A DNA stretch of 59,256 bases, counting the filler. It is 7 parts of 7 records of this genome, joined end to end, with 100 filler letters (N's around TTAATTAATTAA, not from the genome) between each part and the next. Parts side by side here need not be neighbours in the genome. Positions count along the whole stretch, not along the records: positions 39,166 to 52,666 come from SRR31156797_35243; positions 52,767 to 59,256 come from SRR31156797_35264; 5 more parts are not named here. The stretch is one strand, 5' to 3'. Position 1 is the first letter of the stretch. Each line of letters opens with the position of its first letter. Under the pieces are notes generated by a model. That model made no database searches and was not told the origin of the DNA. It saw only the letters and a list, made by a program, of their open reading frames with translations. Positions 48,321 to 56,672 of the stretch are shown piece by piece. Position numbers and translations under genes: made by a program.

Positions 48321-48707
48321 ATGCCAACCATCGTCGCCGTTCCCTCCAACAACCCGGGTGGCCTCGAAGCCGGTCTGTCCGATCATTTCGGCCATTGCGA
48401 TGCCTTCACCCTGGTTTCGGTCAACGACAATCGTATCGACGAGGTCACGGTGCTGCCGAACGAAGGCCACGAACAAGGCGGCTGCCTGGCGCCGGTGCAG
48501 TACCTGTCGGCGCACGGCGCCCAGATTCTGATCGCCGGCGGCATGGGTATGCGTCCCCTCGCCGGTTTCCAGGACGCTGGCATCATGGTTCTGCACCGTG
48601 GCGAAGCCAGCACGGTCGGCCAGGCCGTCGACGCCATGACCAAGGGCCAACTGACCTATTTCGGAAGCAACAAGACCTGCGGCGGCGGCGAAGGCCACTG
48701 CCACTAG
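48321..48707 (+). CDS. NifB/NifX family (dinitrogenase FeMo-cofactor biosynthesis domain) protein
   Basis: HFGHCDAF, GHEQGGCLAPV, GGMGMRP and a C-terminal CGGGEGHCH. Confidence 0.9.
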   Translation: MPTIVAVPSNNPGGLEAGLSDHFGHCDAFTLVSVNDNRIDEVTVLPNEGHEQGGCLAPVQYLSAHGAQILIAGGMGMRPLAGFQDAGIMVLHRGEASTVGQAVDAMTKGQLTYFGSNKTCGGGEGHCH

Positions 48708-48786
48708 GAAAGTGAAACGATCCCCCGGCGCGCCGAGGTTCGCGGGATAAACCTCGGCGCCGGGCAACCGATGAAAGGCCAGTCCC

Positions 48787-49749
48787 ATGTCCCATGTTTA
48801 CGGGCCAGTGCCGTCGCGCCGCCTGGGCCGTTCTTTGGGAGTCGACCTTGTTCCGTTCAAGGCCTGTCCCTACGACTGCATCTACTGCCAACTTGGCAGG
48901 ACCACCGACCTAACGCTGGACCGCCACAACTGGTTTCCGCTCGAAGACGTCGTCGACGACCTGAAGGACCGGATCGACCTCAAACCCGATTACATTACCC
49001 TTGGCGGGTCGGGCGAACCGACCCTTTATGCCCGCATCGGCGATCTGATCGATTCCATCCAAACCATGACCGATATCCCTATCGTGGTTCTGACCAACGG
49101 CGCCCTGCTGTGGCAGCCCGAGGTTCGTCGGCAACTGCGACAGGCCGCCATGGTCATCCCTTCTCTCGATGCCGGCGATGCCGACATGTTCCGGGCCGTC
49201 AACCGTCCCCATAAAAGCCTGGAATTCGAACAGGTCCTTGAAGGTCTGATCACCTTCCGCGAGGAGTACTGGGGCCAATATTGGTTGGAGGTTATGCTCC
49301 TCCAGAATTACACGGCGGCCGAATCCCAGGTCCGCAGGATCGCCGCCTGTACGGAACGCATCAGACCCAACAGGGTACAGATCAATACGGCAACCCGACC
49401 GACCGCCGAAGCCTTCGCCGAAGCCATCGATCCGGCCCACCTTCAGCGAATCGTCCGGTTGTTCCCCGGCAAGGCCGAGGTTATCGGCCGGCATGCATCG
49501 ACCGGGATCAAGTCGTCCCTTCACGACGGCGGCACCGCCATTCTCGATCTGTTGCGCCGGCGCCCCTGTACCGTCGACGATATCGCCACAGCCCTTCAAT
49601 CGCATCGCCTGGAAATCCTCAAATACCTGGACGAGCTGCTTCGAAAACGCCTGATCGAACGTCGGCGGGCCGGCAATCGGGTGTTTTTTTGCGCCTCCTG
49701 GCGATCGTCATCCGACCGGCAAGGAACGGCGGCAAAAAGCGAGGTCTGA
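48787..49749 (+). CDS. Radical SAM Fe-S oxidoreductase (COG0731-like) with C-terminal HTH
   Basis: YGPVPSRRLGRSLGVD, CPYDCIYC, GSGEPTL and LLRRRPCTVDDIA. Confidence 0.9.
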   Translation: MSHVYGPVPSRRLGRSLGVDLVPFKACPYDCIYCQLGRTTDLTLDRHNWFPLEDVVDDLKDRIDLKPDYITLGGSGEPTLYARIGDLIDSIQTMTDIPIVVLTNGALLWQPEVRRQLRQAAMVIPSLDAGDADMFRAVNRPHKSLEFEQVLEGLITFREEYWGQYWLEVMLLQNYTAAESQVRRIAACTERIRPNRVQINTATRPTAEAFAEAIDPAHLQRIVRLFPGKAEVIGRHASTGIKSSLHDGGTAILDLLRRRPCTVDDIATALQSHRLEILKYLDELLRKRLIERRRAGNRVFFCASWRSSSDRQGTAAKSEV

Positions 49750-49751
49750 AA

Positions 49752-50567
49752 TTGTCGAAGACAGGTTCACGGGATTTTCCGAACATCCGATCGATGATCG
49801 CCATCGCTTCCGGCAAGGGAGGTGTGGGGAAGTCATCGGTCGCGGCCAATTTGGCTGCCGCATTCGTAAACCGCGGCCAGCGAACCGGGTTGTTGGATGC
49901 CGATCTTTACGGCCCCTCGATTCCCCGGATGCTCGGAATCTCCGGCACGCCACTGTCATCCGACAGCCAACGGATCATTCCCCTGCGAGCCCATGGCATA
50001 ACCTGTATGTCGATCGGCTTCGTCGTCGGCGAGGTCGAAGCCCTGGTCTGGCGCGGCCCGCTGATTGCCAGAACCCTCTCGCAGCTTCTCACCGAGGTTG
50101 AATGGGGAGACCTGGACGTGCTCGTCCTCGACTTGCCGCCCGGCACCGGCGATGCCCAACTTACCGTCACGCAAAATGCCCCGCTTACCGGTGCCGTCAT
50201 CGTTTCGACACCCCAGGACGTCGCCCTGACCGACGCCCGCAAGGGGTATCATATGTTTGCCAAAGTTGGGGTGCCGGTATTGGGGTTAATCGAGAACATG
50301 AGCTATTTTCAGTGCCCCAATTGTGGCGGGCGGACCGACATATTCGCCCATGGCGGCGCCCGCCGCGAAGCCACGCGGCTCGGAACGGAATTTCTGGGCG
50401 AGGTCCCCATCGATATCCGAATCCGTGAAACATCGGATGGTGGAACGCCGCTCGTGATCGCCGATCCATCTTGCCCGTCCGCCCGGGCTTTTCTGGAAAT
50501 CGCCGATCGGATTTCATCAATGATCGCCGAACCGCAGCCACCGCAGCCGGTCTTGAACCCCGCCTAG
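49752..50567 (+). CDS. Mrp/ApbC/NBP35 family Fe-S carrier ATPase (no N-terminal DUF59 domain)
   Basis: ASGKGGVGKS, DADLYGPSIP, WRGP, DLPPGTGD and IENMSYFQCPNC. Confidence 0.92.
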   Translation: MSKTGSRDFPNIRSMIAIASGKGGVGKSSVAANLAAAFVNRGQRTGLLDADLYGPSIPRMLGISGTPLSSDSQRIIPLRAHGITCMSIGFVVGEVEALVWRGPLIARTLSQLLTEVEWGDLDVLVLDLPPGTGDAQLTVTQNAPLTGAVIVSTPQDVALTDARKGYHMFAKVGVPVLGLIENMSYFQCPNCGGRTDIFAHGGARREATRLGTEFLGEVPIDIRIRETSDGGTPLVIADPSCPSARAFLEIADRISSMIAEPQPPQPVLNPA

Positions 50568-50596
50568 CAGGGTGCTGAAGAACGCATTTTCCGCTT

Positions 50597-51040
50597 TTAC
50601 GCCGGGCGCGGAATCGCCTCGTGCTCGGCCAGCGCGGCGCGGGCGCGGGCCAGGATATCGGCGTCGAACGGGCACGACTTGCGCGTTCCCGTGTCCATGT
50701 GCACGGCTGTGACTTCGGCGGTTGCCGCCAGGATGCCGGTCTGATCGGCCGTCATCTCGTGGCAATAACGGATCACCTTGTCGCGCACCTCGAGAATGCG
50801 CGAACGCACCGTCAGGGTGTCGCCCGTGCGCATCTCGCGAAAATACCGGATATCGTAGCGCACGGCGCCGACGCCGACGTCGTTGGCCTTCATGAAATCG
50901 ACCGTGAAGCCGATGGACGCGAACATCGGCCAGGTCGCCTGATCGAACTTCGCCGTGTAGAAGGTGACGTTCATGTGCCCCATGTAGTCGCATTCCCAGG
51001 GCATGACGGCGCCGCGGTGGGTAATCGGCAGTTCGGCCAT
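50597..51040 (-). CDS. Acyl-CoA thioesterase (4HBT/hot-dog fold)
   Basis: WECDYMGHMNV.FY...FDQA. Confidence 0.85.
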   Translation of the reverse strand: MAELPITHRGAVMPWECDYMGHMNVTFYTAKFDQATWPMFASIGFTVDFMKANDVGVGAVRYDIRYFREMRTGDTLTVRSRILEVRDKVIRYCHEMTADQTGILAATAEVTAVHMDTGTRKSCPFDADILARARAALAEHEAIPRPA

Positions 51041-51078
51041 CTCTTGAGTCTTCCTTCCCTCTTTTTCTTATTCCAAGC

Positions 51079-52563
51079 TTAAAGCAGCAGCCAGGCGGCC
51101 AGGCCCAGGAACACGAAGAATCCGGCGACGTCGGTGACCGTGGTCAAAACGACGCTGGATGCTACCGCCGGGTCGATCTTCATGCGATCGAGCGCGATCG
51201 GAATGGTCGCGCCGGCAAACCCGGCGACCACCATGTTGACCACCATGGCCAGCGCGATAACGATGCCGATGTCCGATCTGCCGAACCAGACCCAGGCGAC
51301 GAAGCCGGTCAATACGGCGAACAGAATGCCGTTGAAGGCGCCGACGATCAGTTCCTTGCCGACCACCCGCAGGGCGTTGGTCGCGGTCAGTTCGCGCATG
51401 GCAATCGCACGCACCGCAACCGTCAGGGTCTGGGTGCCGGCATTGCCGCCCATCGAAGCGACGATCGGCATCAGTACGGCCAGCGCCACCATCTGTTCGA
51501 TGGTACCCTGGAACAGCCCGATGACGATGGAAGCCATCACCGCCGTACCCAGATTGACCAGCAGCCAGGTAAAGCGCGAACGCGTGGTATCGACGGCGGC
51601 GGCATACAGATCGTCTTCCTGCACACCGCCCATACGCATGATGTCTTCTTCGTGTTCTTCGTGGATGACGTCGACGACGTCATCGATCGTGATGCTGCCG
51701 ACCAGACGCCCCGATTCGTCAACCACCGGGGCCGACACCAGGTCGCGCTGGCTGAACAGGAAGGCCACCTCCTCCTGGTCGGTGGTAGCCGAAATCAGCT
51801 TCATGTCCGGTTCCATGATGTCGGTCACCGCGACCGGACGGCGGGAGCGCATCAGGCGCGACAATGAAATCGTGCCGACCGGGCGGCGCGCCGGATCAAT
51901 GACGTAGATGTCGTAGAAAACCTCCGGCAGGGTTTCGTCCTCGATGTCCTGATCGGCGGTTTCGCGCATGAAATCGATGGCTTCGCCGACGGTCCAGAAT
52001 TCCGGCACCGTCACCACTTCGCGCTGCATCAGGCGTCCGGCGCTGTCTTCGGGATAGGCCAGGGCCTCCTCGATCAGTGCCCGGTCGCCGGCCGGGATCG
52101 CTTCCAGCAGCTCCTGCTGCTCGTCTTCGTCCAGTTCCTCGATGATCTCGACGGCATCGTCGGTTTCCAGCTCGGCAATGGCAGCCGCCGTTTCCTCGAC
52201 GCCCAAGTCCTCGATGACGTCGTCGCGGACCTCTTCGTCCAGCTCGGGCAGGATATCGGGATCGAAATCGCCGCGCAGGGCCTCGACCACCGCGGTGCGG
52301 TGATCGGGTTTCAGCCGTTCCAGAAGGTCGGCGGTGTCGGATGTATGAAGATCGTCGAGAAACCCGCGGACGGCCGGTAGATCCCCGGCGTCCAACGCAT
52401 CGACAATACGTTCCTCGAGCTCAGGGTCCAGACCGTAGACGGCCTCGTCGGTCGCCTCGGTGTCCTGCCCTTCCTTGTGAAGTGCCGGATCCGTCACGTC
52501 CAAATCCCCCGATTGTGTCAAGGACTGCGCGCCGCCTCGGCGGGATCGCTGTTCAACCCCCAA
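51079..52563 (-). CDS. mgtE: Magnesium transporter MgtE (true start may be GTG at 52497)
   Basis: YPEDSAGRLM, a CBS pair, LMPIVASMGGNAGTQ and DPAVASS..LTT.TDV.GF. Confidence 0.95.
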   Translation of the reverse strand: MGVEQRSRRGGAQSLTQSGDLDVTDPALHKEGQDTEATDEAVYGLDPELEERIVDALDAGDLPAVRGFLDDLHTSDTADLLERLKPDHRTAVVEALRGDFDPDILPELDEEVRDDVIEDLGVEETAAAIAELETDDAVEIIEELDEDEQQELLEAIPAGDRALIEEALAYPEDSAGRLMQREVVTVPEFWTVGEAIDFMRETADQDIEDETLPEVFYDIYVIDPARRPVGTISLSRLMRSRRPVAVTDIMEPDMKLISATTDQEEVAFLFSQRDLVSAPVVDESGRLVGSITIDDVVDVIHEEHEEDIMRMGGVQEDDLYAAAVDTTRSRFTWLLVNLGTAVMASIVIGLFQGTIEQMVALAVLMPIVASMGGNAGTQTLTVAVRAIAMRELTATNALRVVGKELIVGAFNGILFAVLTGFVAWVWFGRSDIGIVIALAMVVNMVVAGFAGATIPIALDRMKIDPAVASSVVLTTVTDVAGFFVFLGLAAWLLL

Positions 52564-52637
52564 AACGTCCGGGGGCCTTGTCCGGTTCCTTTACGAAACA
52601 AGGCCCGTCAATTTGTCTCACGGGCCTTGATTAAGGA

Positions 52638-52666
52638 TGGTGCGGTCGAGAAGACTCGAACTTCCA
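52638..52666 (-). tRNA. 3' part of a tRNA (probably tRNA-Leu), cut by the contig end
   Basis: Minus strand TGGAAGTTCGAGTCTTCTCGACCGCACCA contains a T-arm (GTTCGA), the 3' acceptor strand and CCA. The anticodon is not in the window. Confidence 0.85.
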
Positions 52667-52766
52667 NNNNNNNNNNNNNNNNNNNNNNNNNNNNNNNNNN
52701 NNNNNNNNNNTTAATTAATTAANNNNNNNNNNNNNNNNNNNNNNNNNNNNNNNNNNNNNNNNNNNN
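52667..52766. other. Artificial contig spacer
   Basis: N runs plus TTAATTAATTAA. Confidence 0.99.
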
Positions 52767-53120
52767 GGGCTATTGGTGCAATTGGTTTCGGGTATCGGAC
52801 TTACTTTAGCAGTATTAGCCCCGGAACCTCAGCTTTGGGCCGTTTTTGTTTCCATTGTTTTATTCGTTGGCAGTTTAGGATTGGTATTTGGAAACGGAAC
52901 CGCAATGATCTTAAATTACAATCCGGAAGTAGCCGGGTCGGCAAATGCAACAATTGGAATAATGCGTTTCTTGTTAAGTTTTATTATTGGAAGTGTAATG
53001 GCGTTGTTTCATACCGGCGATTTAATTCCATTTGGCATTATTTTATTAATTGTATCATTAAGCGGAAATGTACTTTTACATATTGCTTTAAATATAAAAA
53101 AGAACGCTGTTGTTAAGTAA
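52767..53120 (+). CDS. MFS multidrug transporter (Bcr/CflA-like), C-terminal fragment
   Basis: GLVFGNGTA...AGSANA.IG..RF and TM helices. Confidence 0.7.
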   Translation, partial: GLLVQLVSGIGLTLAVLAPEPQLWAVFVSIVLFVGSLGLVFGNGTAMILNYNPEVAGSANATIGIMRFLLSFIIGSVMALFHTGDLIPFGIILLIVSLSGNVLLHIALNIKKNAVVK

Positions 53121-53129
53121 ACTGTTTTG

Positions 53130-54617
53130 CTAGCTTCTTTTTGCAGATATTTTCTGAACCAGAAATCCCACAAGAAAAATAACCAAGGTTCCAAAAACAA
53201 TAGTAAGGTTACTGTGGAACGAACTCTTGAACTTTAAAAGGTTTCCGTCAGTAAAATAAAGAGGAGACAGGCTCATCCAGGTAATTACCACAACACCAAT
53301 TACTACACCAATTGCAGCATCGATATTTCGAACCTTTTGCGATAAAAATGCCAGCAGGAAAAGACCGAGCATCCCGCCACTAAATATAGATGCAAGCGAC
53401 CACCAGGCATCCAGAACACTCTCAACCCCAACCAGTGTAAGTGATATAAGAATACCTAAAAAACCAAAAATTACAGAAGCCACATGTAGCACATTCATCG
53501 ATTGTTTTTCACTTGGAGTGGTATTAATGTAGCGTTTATAATAATCCGACAAAAATATTGTGGCAGTACTATTTACACTGGTTGAAACAGTACTCATACC
53601 TGCTGCAAAAATGGCTGCAATTAATAGTCCTGTAATTCCTGTTGGTAGTGCATTTACAATAAAAAACGGGAAAATTTTATCTCCTGTTCCCGCAACCTTT
53701 AATTCTGCCGGTAATAAATCGGATTGAGCGGTGTAATAAGAATACAAAGCTGTTCCGATGTAGAAAAAAACAAGCGAAACAGGCAGGTACAACAGCGATC
53801 CAAACATCGTAGAAAAACGGGCTTTCTTGGTGGAACTTGTTGTCATGTAGCGCTGAACAAAATTCTGGTCGATACCAAAGTTTTGCAGGTTAATAAACAG
53901 GCTGTAAATCAGCACCACCCAAAATGTGGATTCCGAAAGGCTGGCGCCAAAACTTCCGAGACTGAATTTGTTTTCTGCTGCTGCAATCTGAAATAACTGA
54001 TCAGGGCCTTCCGGCATCGAAAAAGTCAGAATCCCGGCACAAAGCAAAGCTCCTGCAATTAGTATAATTCCTTGAATGGCATCGGTCCAGATTACTGCCT
54101 GGATACCACCCAACATGGAATAAATGGTTACTGCAATTCCGGTTACGATTATAATGGTTTTTATATTCCAGCCAAACAATGCATTTAGTGGAAGAGCCAA
54201 TAAAAGCAATATGGCACCGGTTCGCATCAATTGTGTAAGAATATAACACAACGAAGCATAAATACGTGCCCAGGCACCAAAACGTACTTCAAGGAAGTTA
54301 TAAGCCGAAACACTATTCATGCTACGGTAAAGTGGTACAAAAAACTTTACAGCAAGAATAGAAGCTATGGGGATTGAAAAACTAAAAACCAGTGCGTTCC
54401 AGTTTGATGAATATGCTTTCCCGGGCAAGGCCAGAAAACTGATACTACTTACGAAGGTGGCAAAAATAGACATGCCAACAACCCAGGCTGGAAGTTTTCC
54501 CCCACCAGTTGTAAATTGATCGGCTGTTTTGTTTCGAAAGAAAAAACTTGCCCCAAATACTACATTGCCAAGGGTGATGATAAGAAATACGATTACATCA
54601 AAAACAGGAAGCTGCAT
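53130..54617 (-). CDS. Sodium:solute symporter (sugar/sugar-acid type)
   Basis: GMSIFATFVSSISFLALPG, GGIQAVIWTD, DQNFVQRY and AAGMSTVS. Confidence 0.92.
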   Translation of the reverse strand: MQLPVFDVIVFLIITLGNVVFGASFFFRNKTADQFTTGGGKLPAWVVGMSIFATFVSSISFLALPGKAYSSNWNALVFSFSIPIASILAVKFFVPLYRSMNSVSAYNFLEVRFGAWARIYASLCYILTQLMRTGAILLLLALPLNALFGWNIKTIIIVTGIAVTIYSMLGGIQAVIWTDAIQGIILIAGALLCAGILTFSMPEGPDQLFQIAAAENKFSLGSFGASLSESTFWVVLIYSLFINLQNFGIDQNFVQRYMTTSSTKKARFSTMFGSLLYLPVSLVFFYIGTALYSYYTAQSDLLPAELKVAGTGDKIFPFFIVNALPTGITGLLIAAIFAAGMSTVSTSVNSTATIFLSDYYKRYINTTPSEKQSMNVLHVASVIFGFLGILISLTLVGVESVLDAWWSLASIFSGGMLGLFLLAFLSQKVRNIDAAIGVVIGVVVITWMSLSPLYFTDGNLLKFKSSFHSNLTIVFGTLVIFLVGFLVQKISAKRS

Positions 54618-54643
54618 ATCTCGTTTTATTTAGTTTGATTTTA

Positions 54644-56671
54644 TTATTGGGCAAATGGAATCCACACGCTCATTTCACTAGCTCCGCGGTTGTTCCACGC
54701 GTAGTAAGGCACTAATTGTATTTTGGTTTTTAACGTTTTAGCGCTTGAAACTTCACGGTAAAGTTTGTTTTTCCAATCGGTTGGCGAAGTAGTAATTAAT
54801 TCTCCTTCCAACACCATCATCGTGGCATCTGCAATTTTTGTTTCTTTGGGTTGGAAATTAATGTTTGCCGGAATTTTATAATCAAACACGCGTTTGCCAT
54901 TTTCCACATCAGGTGATTCCAGGCAGTAAACAACTGGGCCCCGCTTAACTGCTACCTGGTTGCGGATTTCTTCCACCAAAGGATTGGCTTCTACTAAAAC
55001 TGCTTCCATTGGAAGATCAAGTTCTATAAGGTCTCCTTTTTTCCATTTTTTTGTCAGATTGGCATAGGCTGCGGAATTAACCGGTGAAGAAATTTTTTCT
55101 CCGTTAATTTTGATCGTAGCCTTTTTGGCCCATCCCGGAATACGAAGTTTAAGGGTGTAATCAGCAGGTAATTTTTCAATCTGAATTTTTACTTTTCCGT
55201 TCCAGGGGAAATTGGTCGTCTGGGTTAATTCGATTTTTGATTCTTTTTTATTTCCTGTTGAAAGTTTGTTGGCACCATAAAAATTCACCCAAAGTTCCTT
55301 TTCACCCAAAGAATAAGCATACTCTTGTATTTGAGCGATGGTACGGATGGTGTTGGGAGGGCAGCAGTTACAATAGCTGATATAGGGTTCGCGATCTTTT
55401 GACCAGCGCAGGTCGTGACTAAGTTCATCGGCTACGCATAAGGGATTGGTATAAAAATAGCCCTTTCCATCAAGGCTAACTCCTGCCAACAGGCTGTTAT
55501 ACATAACCGTTTCCATCACATCAGCATAAGCTGCTTCTCCGGTAACCTGCAACATTCGCCAGTTCCAAAGTAAATTCCCAATGTTGGCGCATGATTCGTT
55601 ATGGGCCGAAATATTTGGTAATTCGTAATCGGCACCGTACGATTGATGAACCTGCTGAATGGAAGGCTGATCGTAGGTTGTCCCGTTTGGTGAAACACCA
55701 TCGTACAGGGCGCCACAAGCACCGGTTATATACATTTTGCGTTCTACCAGGTCGTGCCAGATGTTTTCCAGTGCAATCATTAAAGAGTCATCACCTGTTT
55801 CGGCAAAAACATCTGCAACACCGGCATACAAGTAATTGGCACGTACTGCATGCCCCTCTGCTTTGGTTTGCTGTTTAAAAGGAATCCTGTCTTGATTGTG
55901 GTCGGTTCCGTTGGTAACCAGGCTGCGTATCTCAACCAGGCTTTTGGCCAGCTCAAGGTATTTTGGATTTTGAGTGGTTCGGTACATCTCAATTACACCC
56001 ATATAATGCGATGGGCAAATTGCATTTCTTGCTAATTCTGCCGATGCCCGTTTATAAAAATCATACAAAAAATCGGTAGCTTTTTTAGCTATATCCAATA
56101 ACTCAGCTTTTCCGGTAATACGGTAATGTATGCAAGCTGCTGTCATTAAATGACCCATGTTGTAGGTCTCAAAATCAAGCCTTTCGTTAAATTCGTGTTT
56201 AATATCCGGATTTTGCATTTCTTTAATTGAAGTAGGTGTGTGGATATAACCATCCGCACGCTGCGCTTTCCCGATCATTGTTATGATCTCATCGATTTGC
56301 TTCCCTAACTTTTCATCTTTGGTAAGCGCATAAATCATAATCTCGGCTTCCAGTATTTTGTAAAAATCACCATCGTGAAAGGGAGGGCCAACATGTGATC
56401 CGGTATCCAATCCAGCGGCAATTTCAAAGTTTTTGTATGCATGACTGATTTCATCGTCGAGGTAACAACCCATCATATGAGGAACCATTGCGTTTTTACA
56501 AACCTCAAAACGTTCGGCCCAAAAACCATCTGTCCAATGCACATCGCCAATATTTGTGCTTTGCAATTTTGCAAATTTACTTTTGGTGGTGTTCATTAGC
56601 GCTTTCTCCTGAGCCCAAAGACTACCGGAGACTAGTAAACATGCTGTTATTAATAATGTAAATCGTTTCAT
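54644..56671 (-). CDS. Glycoside hydrolase family 127 (beta-L-arabinofuranosidase / aceric acid hydrolase-like)
   Basis: Signal peptide from ATG at 56671. GHAVRANYLY, ESCANIG, CCPPN and RGPVVYCLE. Confidence 0.9.
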   Translation of the reverse strand: MKRFTLLITACLLVSGSLWAQEKALMNTTKSKFAKLQSTNIGDVHWTDGFWAERFEVCKNAMVPHMMGCYLDDEISHAYKNFEIAAGLDTGSHVGPPFHDGDFYKILEAEIMIYALTKDEKLGKQIDEIITMIGKAQRADGYIHTPTSIKEMQNPDIKHEFNERLDFETYNMGHLMTAACIHYRITGKAELLDIAKKATDFLYDFYKRASAELARNAICPSHYMGVIEMYRTTQNPKYLELAKSLVEIRSLVTNGTDHNQDRIPFKQQTKAEGHAVRANYLYAGVADVFAETGDDSLMIALENIWHDLVERKMYITGACGALYDGVSPNGTTYDQPSIQQVHQSYGADYELPNISAHNESCANIGNLLWNWRMLQVTGEAAYADVMETVMYNSLLAGVSLDGKGYFYTNPLCVADELSHDLRWSKDREPYISYCNCCPPNTIRTIAQIQEYAYSLGEKELWVNFYGANKLSTGNKKESKIELTQTTNFPWNGKVKIQIEKLPADYTLKLRIPGWAKKATIKINGEKISSPVNSAAYANLTKKWKKGDLIELDLPMEAVLVEANPLVEEIRNQVAVKRGPVVYCLESPDVENGKRVFDYKIPANINFQPKETKIADATMMVLEGELITTSPTDWKNKLYREVSSAKTLKTKIQLVPYYAWNNRGASEMSVWIPFAQ

Positions 56672-56672
56672 T

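Noticed and set aside
46160-48707. NifB/NifX-family genes as evidence of nitrogen fixation
   Set aside because: No nifHDK/ENB in the contig, and the context is the COG1149/ORP-type cluster.
5103-52766. Six recurring TTAATTAATTAA motifs and ORFs ending in X...LIN
   Set aside because: Artificial spacers between contigs. They are not biological repeats, and gene adjacency across them is meaningless.
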